Source: an uncultured bacterium (GTDB taxonomy: Bacteria; Patescibacteriota; Dojkabacteria; J137). From it: DNA of 64,000 nucleotides. The translations under genes and the position numbers were made by a program. A model generated the notes under the pieces. That model made no database searches. It was not told where the DNA came from and worked only from the letters and a program-made list of their open reading frames with translations. The stretch lies in assembly GCA_963700155.1 (NCBI GenBank), contig OY969472.1, forward strand, positions 936,690-1,000,689, written 5' to 3'. This document shows, piece after piece, positions 46,986-58,363 of this stretch (positions are counted from its first letter, which is position 1; the number at the start of each line of letters is the position of its first letter).

Positions 46986-47645
46986 TTATCTTAAACTGAA
47001 CAAATCACCCATACCTAAGTTCTTAGATAGATCATTTATTTTGTCCATAATTGATTTGATTTTATCTCCCCAATTTTGACAACCCGGTTCACTTCCACAA
47101 AAAGTATTTTCCATAAGGCTTGGGTCAATCATATAGTCAGGGCCATATTGTTTTGCAAGGACTTCAGTTACCTTGTCAATTCCTGCTTCAAAACTTGGAA
47201 ATGTAACTCTGTATTCCGCTGGACCACCAAATCCCCAGCAATTATGCATTCCTGCGGAATTATTATAATTACATAAATGCGTCTCATTCATTGCTATAGC
47301 AACTACTGTTGTACAATCTCTTGGTGCATTATATTTTGTACATGAATCAACAAACATTTTTGCTGTACCGTAAAGTGGAGATTTATTTTGTAGAAAGTAT
47401 TGGTCTAATACATAAATTCTTTTATCAAAATCTCTTACTGTAGCAGTAAAATTTACATAATTATAATTTTTAAAATTGTTTGTATGATCAACAATGTTAG
47501 GAGCTGTATATTGGATATTTGAATTTTCTTCTGCATAAACTTCTTGAGAGTCTAAAATTTTGACATTCCTACTTACAATAAGTATTAATAAGCTTACAAA
47601 TATAAGTATTATGAGATTTTTGATAGAAAAAGTATTTATCTTCAC
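46986..47645 (-). CDS. Secreted hypothetical protein.
   Basis: N-terminal signal anchor. Confidence 0.4.
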   Translation of the reverse strand: MKINTFSIKNLIILIFVSLLILIVSRNVKILDSQEVYAEENSNIQYTAPNIVDHTNNFKNYNYVNFTATVRDFDKRIYVLDQYFLQNKSPLYGTAKMFVDSCTKYNAPRDCTTVVAIAMNETHLCNYNNSAGMHNCWGFGGPAEYRVTFPSFEAGIDKVTEVLAKQYGPDYMIDPSLMENTFCGSEPGCQNWGDKIKSIMDKINDLSKNLGMGDLFSLR

Positions 47646-47726
47646 TTAAGTATTTTAACTGTAATTCTTGTACAGTTTACATTACTAAGCTTAAAGAATC
47701 CAGAAATCAAAATTTGGATAGTTTAC

Positions 47727-48071
47727 TTAACTTTCTAAATCTTTAAATGAACTTGCCGAATCTATGAGTATCTGCTCATCAGTTAAAATCAGTAAAGCTG
47801 CAGCAAACCTGTCTTCCCCTTCTTTTGTGAAATATAGTCGCCAAAAGGGATTTTCTTGATTGAGTATCTCTTCGGATTCAACTACTCTTCCAAGAAGAAT
47901 AGATAATCCTTCTGCAATATTACCAGCATCTAATAGTGGTGTAACTACTCTCTCTATATCATCAATAGATGGATTATTTCCAAGGTTGTGTTTTGAATAT
48001 AATTTAAGGATATATTGATCTGTAATGACTCTATTTGTCCAGTATATTTCTTCAGTGTTTTTATTATCCAT
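47727..48071 (-). CDS. Hypothetical protein.
   Basis: ORF only. Confidence 0.35.
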   Translation of the reverse strand: MDNKNTEEIYWTNRVITDQYILKLYSKHNLGNNPSIDDIERVVTPLLDAGNIAEGLSILLGRVVESEEILNQENPFWRLYFTKEGEDRFAAALLILTDEQILIDSASSFKDLES

Positions 48072-48088
48072 ATAATTTTAATAAGAAT

Positions 48089-48865
48089 TTAAATGATTGT
48101 TTTTACAGCAAGGATAACGATTCTGTTTTTACCATCGTTTGTAACGATTTGCAGATAATTCTCATCATTATTTATTTTGTATATAAAATCTGATGAAAAG
48201 TTGAAAGTGTTTGTGCCGATTATCTTGTATGTTGAAGTACTTCCATTTGAATTATCTAAAATAATTTCATCATTAATACTCAACTTGTTTAAGTACCAAC
48301 AACTTCTTGGGTCCGTTGATTTAAACTGTGATCTATAGCATAAAAGTATAATCTCACCTTTATTAATAAGATTAGAACCTGGATAAATAAAGAATCCATT
48401 TTGAAGTATAAATTGCGCATCACTTCCATGCATTGCTGGCGAATCTAAGCCTATGCTTGGGATTTCAACTCTAAATTTTATTTGAGTTAAATTATTCCCT
48501 GTCTGAATTCTTGATGCCAAAGCTTCTTTTAAGATTGGCTCCTTACTAATGTTAACTGAAGTACTTCCTAATACCTGAGCATTTTTATATGGCATTTCAT
48601 ATTTTATAGCATTTGTTTGTTCAGAGTCATTTTGATTTTGGTTAGCTTGAGGAGTTTCAATAGCTGAGACTGCTGGAACCTGAAAGTTATAATCAACAGG
48701 CTGCTGAATCCTAAAAAAGTTCCCTACACTGTTTATTCCATCATTAATTGGCTGAGCAATAATTCCCCAAATTAAGTTAAAAATAATAATAACTGTAACA
48801 ATACAGACAACCAAGATTGCTGCCACTAACAAAAATGTATTTTGATCTTCTTTTGAAAAATTCAT
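48089..48865 (-). CDS. Membrane-anchored sortase-fold paralog with substituted active-site residues (His position reads LLCYRS, TLxTC position reads IVTNDG).
   Basis: VEIPSIGLDSP...PGSNLINKGEI parallels the sortase at 932..1696. Catalytic His and Cys are not conserved. Confidence 0.3.
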   Translation of the reverse strand: MNFSKEDQNTFLLVAAILVVCIVTVIIIFNLIWGIIAQPINDGINSVGNFFRIQQPVDYNFQVPAVSAIETPQANQNQNDSEQTNAIKYEMPYKNAQVLGSTSVNISKEPILKEALASRIQTGNNLTQIKFRVEIPSIGLDSPAMHGSDAQFILQNGFFIYPGSNLINKGEIILLCYRSQFKSTDPRSCWYLNKLSINDEIILDNSNGSTSTYKIIGTNTFNFSSDFIYKINNDENYLQIVTNDGKNRIVILAVKTII

Positions 48866-48954
48866 TATAAATATAATTATTTTATTTAAATAATTATAAC
48901 ATTTTAGTGGTATTTTGAGCTATATTCGTTATATCTTTAAGCTCGGAAGTGATT

Positions 48955-51162
48955 TCAGAATAAATCTTTAATTAATCTCCCTCTTCCTCGCTTTTGAGGT
49001 TTTAAATTTTCAATATTATTTTCTTCAGTTTCGTGCATAAGTGTATTGAAAATATCATCAGGACGATCTCTTAAAATAATGCCTGTAATCTTTAATGACA
49101 AAAGATTTTCAATAACATTTTTTCTAAATTCATTATTTGTAATCTTTACCCAGATTTCTATATTTGAATTACTAGTTATATCTTTTATTACACCAATTTG
49201 ATTCAACATCATTTCATGATCAGAATCATGTAAAACTGACTTTGAAGTACTATTTGTGAAAAGTTTTTCGTAATCAATGATTATCCCATCAATATCCTCT
49301 GATTCAATTTTTTTAAGTTCAAAAACGAATGAAGGGAATAGGACTTCAGTATATATTTTTAAGCTGGTGGATCTTCTCAGACCTAACGATGCAATAAGTT
49401 TCTTGATTTTTATTAAATTATCATAACTTTTTACCGATGGAATTGATAAGTCAATATTTTTGAATCTAAGTTGGTTTCTGCATTTTTTTAATGCAAGAAT
49501 TTCTGCAGTGATGCTATCAGGGTTATTTATAAATCTTTCATCATTAAAATCTTTATGTTTTGAAAGGTCTACTCCTAAAAGTTTTAGTTTATCAATATCT
49601 ATATTTGAGAATTGGTAAATTAATTTATTATTTTCGATTATTCTTACTGCAGTTGAGATATCTAGTGTAAAAGTGTCAACAACTTGATTTAAGCTTCCTT
49701 CTTTTTGAATTACTTCTTCCGGAAGCGCATTATTATTTAAAATAATTTCAGTCCCATCAATAAATGCACCGTTTAAATTTTTAGCAGTTGAAAGCGCTTC
49801 CGTACTCATCTTTGACACATCAAGAATAACTGGTGTTAAAAAGTTATAATCTTGATTGTCTTCATGAATTTCATTAACTTGGGTAACCAAATCTTCTTTA
49901 TCTTTTTCTTTTTGAATTTCAGGAGCGTTTACACTTCTTTCTAAATCAAGGTTCAAAAGTGGAGTTTTTTGTTGGGCGATTTGTTGAACTTCTTTAACAA
50001 GTTTATGTATATTCGCTTGTGATTTATCAACTACAACCTTTTCAAATGCACCTAATTTTTCATCTGGTATTTTTTCAGAAAGCTGGGTATTAAGACTTGA
50101 TGTTTTTTTTATATCATTCGATTTTATTTCAGTATTTAAATTATTTTGAACTGTTGCTTCAGAAGTTAAATTTGTACTAAATGACCCAGCTTTCTGAACT
50201 TCATCAATATTCAGGATCGTAAAATCGCCCAACTCCAAACTCCACATAATTTCAATTGGATTCTTAAAATAACCTTCAAGTTTTTTTGAAATTTTTGTCA
50301 AATCTACGATTTTTTTATCATCAAGTTTTTGGACTTTTCTCCAATGGTTTGAAATATCAATTTTGACATTGGGATTTTCTCCTGGAGTATAATTTCCTTT
50401 CCTTACAACCATTTTATCTTGCTGGATTATATTTTTCTCTTCAATCTTTAATGTATTTTTATCAATTTTATACACATCGTAACCATTTTCGTTTAGATCT
50501 TTTGGATCTTCAAAACCATATAATGCATGAATCTCGGTCGTATTAGTATTGTTATTTATTTGCGAGATAGAATAAATTTTTCCAGAAATTTCTGATTGTG
50601 GCATCCTTTTTACAAGAATAGCAATCGATAATATTCCATTATAATTTTTATTTGTTTTCCATTCTATTGCTTCGGTTGAGAATAATGAAATCCAGATTTC
50701 TTTTATTTTATAAATTAGTTCTTTGTTGCCTTTTATATTAATATCTCTCGAATTATTAACATTATGTGGTAGAAATCTAGGATCTATAATATTTGAAGGT
50801 GTAATGAATAAATATGGACTTCCATGATCACCAAGATTTCTATAAGCTTCAGAAAGTGGTCTCTCTATTATGGAAGGAATATTTGCATTCAATATTAAGG
50901 ATGAGATTTCTTCAGAAGCTTTTTTCGCTAAGATTTTTGAATATGGTTTTACGTTTTGTAAACTTTGAGAGATAGGATCTACTAAATTATTTGCAGTAAT
51001 AAAATCATCAAAAGTTCTAGTGGTTATAACAAATCCATCAGTAGTTCTGACGTTTGCGTCATAAAGACAGGAATTATCAATTGCAGTTTTCCCAATAAGC
51101 TCAAAATCATCAGCTTCTATATTTTTAAGGTTGAGCACATAAGGCATCGGCCTTCCCAGCAT
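48955..51162 (-). CDS. Protein with a PEP-synthase / pyruvate-phosphate-dikinase N-terminal (ATP-grasp-like) domain.
   Basis: N-terminal IGKTAIDNSCLYDANVRTTDGFVITTRTFDDFI resembles the PPDK_N GGK.A.L.EM...G..VP.GF.IT..AF..F block. Confidence 0.35.
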   Translation of the reverse strand: MLGRPMPYVLNLKNIEADDFELIGKTAIDNSCLYDANVRTTDGFVITTRTFDDFITANNLVDPISQSLQNVKPYSKILAKKASEEISSLILNANIPSIIERPLSEAYRNLGDHGSPYLFITPSNIIDPRFLPHNVNNSRDINIKGNKELIYKIKEIWISLFSTEAIEWKTNKNYNGILSIAILVKRMPQSEISGKIYSISQINNNTNTTEIHALYGFEDPKDLNENGYDVYKIDKNTLKIEEKNIIQQDKMVVRKGNYTPGENPNVKIDISNHWRKVQKLDDKKIVDLTKISKKLEGYFKNPIEIMWSLELGDFTILNIDEVQKAGSFSTNLTSEATVQNNLNTEIKSNDIKKTSSLNTQLSEKIPDEKLGAFEKVVVDKSQANIHKLVKEVQQIAQQKTPLLNLDLERSVNAPEIQKEKDKEDLVTQVNEIHEDNQDYNFLTPVILDVSKMSTEALSTAKNLNGAFIDGTEIILNNNALPEEVIQKEGSLNQVVDTFTLDISTAVRIIENNKLIYQFSNIDIDKLKLLGVDLSKHKDFNDERFINNPDSITAEILALKKCRNQLRFKNIDLSIPSVKSYDNLIKIKKLIASLGLRRSTSLKIYTEVLFPSFVFELKKIESEDIDGIIIDYEKLFTNSTSKSVLHDSDHEMMLNQIGVIKDITSNSNIEIWVKITNNEFRKNVIENLLSLKITGIILRDRPDDIFNTLMHETEENNIENLKPQKRGRGRLIKDLF

Positions 51163-51217
51163 CTTTTCTAATTAAAAATTAACAATGAGCAAATAATAAT
51201 ATTTCTCTAGATTTATT

Positions 51218-52369
51218 ATGATGAGAATGCGAAGTGATGTCAATCAATTCAAAATTTCTGATTTTAAATTTTTAGTGATAAAATCAAAAAAATTTTTAAA
51301 CAGTATGGCAGGACAAATAGATTTGTACAAACCAAAAGAAAATATTGAAAGAGTAAGGAAAACCCATCTTTCTCAATTTCTTAATGAGATTTCGAAATAT
51401 ATCGAAATTATTAATAATGATGATATTGATGATTTAGAAAAACTTAATTCTTTAGAAAAAGTAATAGAGGCTATTACATCTTTATTTATTTTGTATAGGA
51501 ATGAAATAAATAGTTCATTAGAGATATTACTTGATAATCCAAACGCTCTAAATAAAAATGACACTGAATACTTTCTCAGAAAGGAACTTCATGATTTCGA
51601 ATCATATTTTATTGAAGAAATATCATTAGAGTTAAAACTTAACTTTGAAGAATATGAGCTTATATGTGGATTAATTTTATCAGAATTTGATTCATTAATT
51701 TTGGACAAAGTCAGTTCATTAGATTATGTAGAAAAGTGGAAAAGAAGAGATGATTCTGAAGAGGAAGATGTATTTGGTTTTCTAAGCGCAGAAATTCCAG
51801 ATAATGAAAGAAAAAAGGCTATAAGTGTGTATAAAAATTTAATAAAAGATAGGGATATTCTTGGACAAATACTTGACGATACAGTATTCAATGGACTTGT
51901 AGAACTAGCCAGATCGGATTCATTTTTAGCTGATAAATATTTAATGAATTTATTAAAGATGTTAATAGATAAAAAGTTAGAATTCACTTATCGTCTACCC
52001 GGATACGTTGATTTAGATACAACAATTACGGGTATTATCTTTTTTATGCTTTTCCTTTTGGGAATAGGTGCATTTAGTCTTTGGGATTCTGATCCTGAAG
52101 TAATCGCTGCTTCCTTTATTATTCTTGATGTAATTTCCTGGATTGTATTTATTAATATTTTAAGGAAGAATCATAACTTTAAGCTTAAATATAATAAAAT
52201 AATTAAAAAAGGTATTGAGAATATTCCAGAGATGATTGAGGGAAGATTAAACGAGCCAAAAGTTAAAAATGACGATCTCGAACTTGATACTGGTGAATCT
52301 GAAGGAATTGATGAGGAAGATGACAGTGACAATATGTCACTGGATAATTTATTATATACTGAAGGATAA
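51218..52369 (+). CDS. Hypothetical protein with a C-terminal TM segment and an acidic tail.
   Basis: ORF only. Confidence 0.35.
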   Translation: MMRMRSDVNQFKISDFKFLVIKSKKFLNSMAGQIDLYKPKENIERVRKTHLSQFLNEISKYIEIINNDDIDDLEKLNSLEKVIEAITSLFILYRNEINSSLEILLDNPNALNKNDTEYFLRKELHDFESYFIEEISLELKLNFEEYELICGLILSEFDSLILDKVSSLDYVEKWKRRDDSEEEDVFGFLSAEIPDNERKKAISVYKNLIKDRDILGQILDDTVFNGLVELARSDSFLADKYLMNLLKMLIDKKLEFTYRLPGYVDLDTTITGIIFFMLFLLGIGAFSLWDSDPEVIAASFIILDVISWIVFINILRKNHNFKLKYNKIIKKGIENIPEMIEGRLNEPKVKNDDLELDTGESEGIDEEDDSDNMSLDNLLYTEG

Positions 52370-52376
52370 TTCTTGA

Positions 52377-53030
52377 ATGCTTCAAGTAAAAAAACTATTT
52401 TCAGAAATAAATGAACTTCACTTAAAGCATGGTGATTCGGATTTTACAGCTATATATGGTGCTGGTGAAATAAATCAACCTAAAATGTGTTTTATCTTTA
52501 TGAATCCGACAGGAAGAAATGTATCTTCAGTTAAAGATTGGACGGGGTTGCGTGCACCTTGGCTTGGAACAAAAAATGTTTGGAGGATGTTTTATAAACT
52601 TGGAATTTTAGAAGAGAACTACTGGGAAAAGATAAATAAACTTAAACCAAATGAGTGGGATGTTGAGTTTTCAGAAGATCTTTATAGTTATTTAGGCAGA
52701 AAATCCATTTATATTACTAATATTGCCAAGTGTACAAAGGTAAATGCTAAACATCTTCCAGACAGTGTCTATAAGGATTTTCTGCCATCTCTTCTAAAAG
52801 AGTTGAAAATTATCCGACCTCAAATAACTTTTGCTTTCGGAAATCAAGTGAGCTCTATTTTGCTAGGAAAGAATATTTCAGTTTCTAACTATCAAAATGA
52901 TGAATTTGAAATTCTTAACTTAGGAGATGGCATAAAACTTAAGATCTTTCCAACATATTATCCAGTTGGCCAGGGAACTCCCAATATGCCTAAAGCGATG
53001 AAGAGAATACAGGCAGTACTGAAAAGTTAA
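52377..53030 (+). CDS. Uracil-DNA glycosylase superfamily protein (family 4/5-like, variant motif).
   Basis: FMNPTGRN (compare NRTGR/GEAPG), IYITNIAKCT, FAFGNQVS. Confidence 0.45.
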   Translation: MLQVKKLFSEINELHLKHGDSDFTAIYGAGEINQPKMCFIFMNPTGRNVSSVKDWTGLRAPWLGTKNVWRMFYKLGILEENYWEKINKLKPNEWDVEFSEDLYSYLGRKSIYITNIAKCTKVNAKHLPDSVYKDFLPSLLKELKIIRPQITFAFGNQVSSILLGKNISVSNYQNDEFEILNLGDGIKLKIFPTYYPVGQGTPNMPKAMKRIQAVLKS

Positions 53031-53088
53031 TTAAAAATTTAATTTTATATTTTTATGCTAAAATCCAGAAGATATTATTAAGAATAGT

Positions 53089-54201
53089 ATGTCTGATCAA
53101 TTGAATCAATCAAATAACTTAGATAATGTTAATGCTCAAATTGATGATGTCGTTAATAAGAAGTTAGCTTCACTTGAAGCAGATATAATTCAGTTTACCT
53201 CACTGGTAGATCTTGATGGAGAAAACGAATTTTACAATAGGAGGTATATTGATCCATATGCCTTGCAACAAGCAGCAGATAAAATGAATCTTTATTATGA
53301 AGATCTATTAAAATCACTTATTTCATTTATGAATACCATAAATTTTTCTAGAGATAATGTTTTGGATAGAGAAGGTATTATTGATCATATTAACTTAAAA
53401 TTAGCAGAGCTCTCATATCGTATATATAGTACATTATCGGATACTGCTATTATTGATATGGTTTTATATAAAGAGATTTTAGATATTATTTTTTTTGATT
53501 TAGATTCTCAAGTTGATGAGAAAAATTTAAGAATTCAAGGTTTGATAAAAAATAAATTAAGTGTTCCAATAGGTGAAGATGAAAGTAGGGACATTACTTT
53601 CCTTTCTGCAGAAACTTCAGGTAAAGAAAGGACTAAATTAAGACAGCAAATTGCTGAAATTGAAAAGATGAAAGCAACAGCAGAAAAAATTTTATATGAG
53701 AATTTAGGATTTTCTTCTAACCGAAAGATTTTAAGTAGTGATTCTCAGAGGAGGTTAGTTAAGTTAATATCAGGTCACATGAAATTAGACATGGAGTGGG
53801 GTGATTTAGGCTTGTCTAGAAAAGATAGAATATATTTCATTTTTCTTTTTCCTTTAATTATTGCAGGAGTTAATTTAGGAATGTCAGCAGATGATTTTGC
53901 TAAACATAATTATGCTTCAATTGATGCTCTTGGTTATATTTATCTATATGTAGCAATTATATTTTTTATTGTTACAGTTATCGGATTTTCTTACCCAACA
54001 ATCTATATAAAATATAGAGAAAGAAAGTATAAGAATTTATTAAATTCAGGGTTAGAAAATCTGAAACTACCTCCTGATAGAGTTAAGAAAAAATTTACAA
54101 AAGAAATGTTACGAGATCTAGACGATGGTCAATTTCCCGAAGATTTTGATATGAATCCAGATTCTGCAAGTTTAGCAGATCTTAATATTAGTGAGGGGTA
54201 A
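53089..54201 (+). CDS. Hypothetical protein with 2 TM segments.
   Basis: ORF only. Confidence 0.35.
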   Translation: MSDQLNQSNNLDNVNAQIDDVVNKKLASLEADIIQFTSLVDLDGENEFYNRRYIDPYALQQAADKMNLYYEDLLKSLISFMNTINFSRDNVLDREGIIDHINLKLAELSYRIYSTLSDTAIIDMVLYKEILDIIFFDLDSQVDEKNLRIQGLIKNKLSVPIGEDESRDITFLSAETSGKERTKLRQQIAEIEKMKATAEKILYENLGFSSNRKILSSDSQRRLVKLISGHMKLDMEWGDLGLSRKDRIYFIFLFPLIIAGVNLGMSADDFAKHNYASIDALGYIYLYVAIIFFIVTVIGFSYPTIYIKYRERKYKNLLNSGLENLKLPPDRVKKKFTKEMLRDLDDGQFPEDFDMNPDSASLADLNISEG

Positions 54202-54279
54202 GACTTGCTAAAAACAATTTTAGTTGAATCTCTCATATCCATAAGTTAAATTCTCATTATAATTTATTATTTATTCAAG

Positions 54280-54987
54280 ATGAAAAATCCTGAAGTTTCA
54301 GTTCATTATTTACAAAATGAGATTATAAGAAGACTTAGTCTTAGACCGAAACTCAGATTTAACGAATTAATAATAGAGGGTCTCGAGAGTGAGCATATGA
54401 ATTATCATCTTAAGAAATTATTAGATTTGAAATTTGTAGGAAAAGATAAAGAATATTATCAATTGACTGATTTAGGCAAAGATTACAGTAATTCTATGGA
54501 TGATGAGAATAAATATATTGAGAAGCAGCCAAAAACTTCTATTTTAATAAGGGGTTTAAGAAAAAATAAGAAAGGTGAAGTTGATCATTTATTATCTAAA
54601 AGGTTAAAACAGCCATATTATGGAAAAATAGGGAGATTGAGCGGAAAAGTTAAATTCGGTGAAACCTTGGTAAAGGCTGCACAAAGGGAGCTTTATGAAG
54701 AGACTGGATTAAAAGCAGAGTTTATTCAGTTAGAAGAGATTTATCATAAATTAAGGTTTAAAAATGAAGATAATTTTGTGCAAGATGTTGTATTTTATGT
54801 TTTCTTTATGACAGGTTTTAAAGGGAAATTTATAAAAAAGACTTCGTATCAGGAAAATCTATGGATTTCGAAAAGTGAAGTTAAAAAACAAAAATTAGAT
54901 TTATTTGAAAATTTAGTACTTAATAATAGGTATAAACCAAAAAGATTAAAATTGATCGAGGATATATCTGTAGCAGATGGATATTAA
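54280..54987 (+). CDS. NUDIX hydrolase with an N-terminal winged-helix domain.
   Basis: Nudix box GKVKFGETLVKAAQRELYEETGL. N-terminal wHTH-like segment. Confidence 0.6.
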   Translation: MKNPEVSVHYLQNEIIRRLSLRPKLRFNELIIEGLESEHMNYHLKKLLDLKFVGKDKEYYQLTDLGKDYSNSMDDENKYIEKQPKTSILIRGLRKNKKGEVDHLLSKRLKQPYYGKIGRLSGKVKFGETLVKAAQRELYEETGLKAEFIQLEEIYHKLRFKNEDNFVQDVVFYVFFMTGFKGKFIKKTSYQENLWISKSEVKKQKLDLFENLVLNNRYKPKRLKLIEDISVADGY

Positions 54988-55050
54988 TAACTTCTTGACT
55001 TCTTTTTTAGAATAATTTAATCTTTTATATACTTATAATATAGAGTAAAT

Positions 55051-55761
55051 ATGGATCCTTTCTTAGATAATATTAGAACTGGTAGAACTAATATAGTAGA
55101 TGTTTACTTTGATGATGTTACAACTCCTTCAGAATATGATCAAAGAAAAATTGAATTCCATGAAGATGTGATTGATAGAATAGTTGAAAAACTCTTTCAA
55201 CCTAATCCTTCAATTAAGACATCTGAAGATGAGGAGACCTTATCTACTTTTAATCGGCTAGATAATAAAAGATTTGTAATAACTCGTTTGGATTCAAAAT
55301 TGTTAGAGTTTTATAAAAATGGTGATGAAGCAGGAATTTTAGACTTACAAGCTGCAGTGACAGACACTAAAAAATTTTTGTTTGCTGCTGAGTTAACTGA
55401 TTGGGATTCAAGGTATGATATGAAAGAAATCATAGATATAAGTAATGATAAAAAATTTATAAAAGATATAATGATAAGGGCATTATTATTACTTTTGCTT
55501 TTAGGAACTACTTCAAATTTAGCTGATAATAAGTTTATTGAAACAATAAATTCTCTGAGTAAAAGCAATAAAGTAACTGTAGTAGAGTTTTTTGAAATTA
55601 TTGGAGATTTAATTGATAAAATGAATGAGCATATCGCTATTTTACATAGAAATACTAACAGAGTAGATATAGCTGTACTTTATTCTTACTTTCAATTTCG
55701 TAGAAAATATGTAAGAGATATTGTTGGAGATATAGTAAGAGTTGTGGGCAAGGAACCTTAA
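55051..55761 (+). CDS. Hypothetical protein.
   Basis: ORF only. Confidence 0.35.
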   Translation: MDPFLDNIRTGRTNIVDVYFDDVTTPSEYDQRKIEFHEDVIDRIVEKLFQPNPSIKTSEDEETLSTFNRLDNKRFVITRLDSKLLEFYKNGDEAGILDLQAAVTDTKKFLFAAELTDWDSRYDMKEIIDISNDKKFIKDIMIRALLLLLLLGTTSNLADNKFIETINSLSKSNKVTVVEFFEIIGDLIDKMNEHIAILHRNTNRVDIAVLYSYFQFRRKYVRDIVGDIVRVVGKEP

Positions 55762-55764
55762 TCC

Positions 55765-58245
55765 CTAAATTTTTTCTACTTCAAACTTCCCATTCTTAAA
55801 CTCAACTTTAATTTTATCTCCTTTAGTAATTTTGTCTTCTAGCATCATATTTGAAAGAAGATTATCTACTTCCCTTTGAACGGCTCTGCGAATTGGTCTT
55901 GCTCCAAACTGAGGGTCATAACTTTCTTTTGCCAACTGTTGAATTGCTGATTTCTCAAATTCAATATCAATTTCTTGTGCTTTCATTAAGTCTTTAGTGT
56001 TTTTTAATACAAGAGTAACTATCTTTTCAACTTCAGGTTCGCTTAATGCTTTGAACATTATGATTTCATCAAGCCTATTTAAAAATTCCGGTTTAAAATA
56101 TTTCTTTAAAATTTCAAATATTTCATTTTTAAGTTCGTTCCAATTTGGAATCATATCAGTAGCTTTTTTTAGTTTAACAAGGCTTTTTTCTGATTCTTGT
56201 GGTTTAATATCTTCTATCATTTCTGTAACTTCTTTAGCTCCGAGTGCTGCAAGAATTAAATCCGAACCAATATTACTTGTTGCAATAATAATTGTATTCT
56301 TGAAATCGATAACTCTTCCTTTCCCATCAGTAAGTTTCCCATCATCAAGAACTTGAAGAAGAATATTAAAGACATCCGGATGCGCTTTTTCAATCTCATC
56401 TAATAATATTACTGAATAAGGTTTTCTTCGAACTTTTTCTGTAAGTTGCCCTCCTTCTTCATAACCAACATATCCTGGTGGAGCTCCAATGAGTCTTGAA
56501 ACTGCAAATTTTTCCATATACTCACTCATATCAATTCTTATAATTGCGTCTTCATTCCCAAATACTAATTCGGCTAAAGCTTTAGCCAACTCTGTCTTAC
56601 CAACACCAGTTGGACCTAAGAACATAAAGGAAGCGATTGGTCTTTTTGGATCTTTCAACCCTGTTCTTGATCTTCTTATTGCTTGTGCAACAAGATGTAC
56701 AGCTTCATCCTGACCAATAATTCTTTCGTGAAGTTTTTCCTCCAAAGTAATTAAACTTTGCTTCTCTTCTTTATTAAGTTCTGTTATTGGCACTCCAGTC
56801 ATTCTTGAAATAACTTCATGAATATCAGCTACTGTTACTTCTGGAGTTCCTGTTCCTCTTTTTCTCATCCATTCGTTTTCTATTGGTTTTAATTCTTCTT
56901 TTAGTTGTTCAATTTTAACCTTAATTTCAGCAGCTTCTTTATGTTGACCTGCTCTTGTTAAAGATTCTCTCTCCATTTCCATTTTTTGAATTTGGTTTTT
57001 CAAGTTTCTTAAATTATCCGGTTCGCTAGTAAATCTAAGTCTTACTCTGCTGGCTGCTTCATCTATAACATCAATTGCCTTATCGGGTAGGAATCTGTTT
57101 TTTATATATCTATTGGAAAGATGAGCAGCAGCTTTTAAAGCTTCATCAGTGATTTTTAATTTGTGATGAGCTTCATATCGTTCTTTTATTCCTTCTAGAA
57201 TTTGAATTGATTCTTCAACAGAAGGTTCTTCAACTAGAACTGGCTGGAATCTTCTTTCCAAAGCTGCATCTTTCTCAATATATTTTTGATATTCATTTAA
57301 AGTTGTTGCTCCGATAACCTGCAGCTCACCACGGGCAAGTGCCGGTTTTATCATATTAGAAAAATCTAATTCACCTTGCTGTGCACCACTTCCTACAATT
57401 GTATGTAGTTCGTCTATAAATAGAATTATGTTTCTTTCAGCTTTTTCTAAATCTTGAATTAATTTTTTTGAACGCTCTTCAAACTCACCTCTGAATTTAG
57501 AACCTGCAACCATACTAGCAAGGTCGAGTGATTTAACTTTTTTGTCTTTTAAAATATCAGGCACTTGCCCGCTTACAATTCTTTGGGCAAGACCTTCTGC
57601 GATTGCAGTTTTCCCTACTCCTGGTTCTCCAATTAAAACAGGATTATTCTTTTTTCTTCGAGATAATATTTCTACAACTCTGGTTATTTCTTCATCCCTA
57701 CCAATTACGGGATCGATCTTATCTTCTTTAGCTAATTCAGTCAGATCTTTGGTAAATGCATCAAGAGTTGGAGTTTCACTTTTCTTTTCAATGTGAGAAC
57801 CTTCTTTATCACCTTCTCCGACAACTTTAACTACAGCTTGTCTTGCTTGAGAATGTGATATTGAATACTTTTTTAGAATTTGTGCAGCCAACCCTTCACT
57901 CTCTACAATTAATCCTAAGAATAAATGTTCAGTTCCAATGTAGTTATGCCCTAGTTCTAAGGCTTCTTGGTATGCAAGTTGGATTACCTGACTCGCTCTT
58001 GGAGTGAAGGTTGGCTGCATTCCTGAATAATTTCCATCGGCTATCTGTACTTCTAATAAGTCTTTAAGTTCTTCAGGATTAATACCTAATTCTTTGAATA
58101 CACGTTTCATTACAACCTCATCTTGGCAAAGTCCATAAAGCAGATGTTCAGTATCAATCGATCTTTGATGCTTTTTTATTGCAAATTCTGCAGCTGATTG
58201 AATTGCTTCATTAGTTCTGTTCGAAAAAAGTGCTGAAATATCCAT
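55765..58245 (-). CDS. clpC: ClpA/B-family AAA+ chaperone, ClpC-like (two NBDs, short middle domain, Clp_N repeats).
   Basis: Walker [14 protein letters not shown] and [15 protein letters not shown]. Clp_N repeats. About 60-aa linker between the NBDs. Confidence 0.8.
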   Translation of the reverse strand: MDISALFSNRTNEAIQSAAEFAIKKHQRSIDTEHLLYGLCQDEVVMKRVFKELGINPEELKDLLEVQIADGNYSGMQPTFTPRASQVIQLAYQEALELGHNYIGTEHLFLGLIVESEGLAAQILKKYSISHSQARQAVVKVVGEGDKEGSHIEKKSETPTLDAFTKDLTELAKEDKIDPVIGRDEEITRVVEILSRRKKNNPVLIGEPGVGKTAIAEGLAQRIVSGQVPDILKDKKVKSLDLASMVAGSKFRGEFEERSKKLIQDLEKAERNIILFIDELHTIVGSGAQQGELDFSNMIKPALARGELQVIGATTLNEYQKYIEKDAALERRFQPVLVEEPSVEESIQILEGIKERYEAHHKLKITDEALKAAAHLSNRYIKNRFLPDKAIDVIDEAASRVRLRFTSEPDNLRNLKNQIQKMEMERESLTRAGQHKEAAEIKVKIEQLKEELKPIENEWMRKRGTGTPEVTVADIHEVISRMTGVPITELNKEEKQSLITLEEKLHERIIGQDEAVHLVAQAIRRSRTGLKDPKRPIASFMFLGPTGVGKTELAKALAELVFGNEDAIIRIDMSEYMEKFAVSRLIGAPPGYVGYEEGGQLTEKVRRKPYSVILLDEIEKAHPDVFNILLQVLDDGKLTDGKGRVIDFKNTIIIATSNIGSDLILAALGAKEVTEMIEDIKPQESEKSLVKLKKATDMIPNWNELKNEIFEILKKYFKPEFLNRLDEIIMFKALSEPEVEKIVTLVLKNTKDLMKAQEIDIEFEKSAIQQLAKESYDPQFGARPIRRAVQREVDNLLSNMMLEDKITKGDKIKVEFKNGKFEVEKI

Positions 58246-58336
58246 TGAATTATTATTAAGAAATATCAGTAATATGAATTCATGTGTAATTCATATAAGT
58301 TCATTATATTTTTTTTAGAATTTTAATAAAATAATT

Positions 58337-58363
58337 TTAGCAGATAGTTGATTAAACTGCTAA
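58337..58363. promoter_or_regulatory. CIRCE-like inverted repeat TTAGCAG-N13-CTGCTAA (27 nt overall, same span as the HrcA operator), about 92 nt upstream of the clpC start.
   Basis: Seen directly. Matches CIRCE TTAGCACTC-N9-GAGTGCTAA at the outer TTAGCA/TGCTAA positions. Confidence 0.3.
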
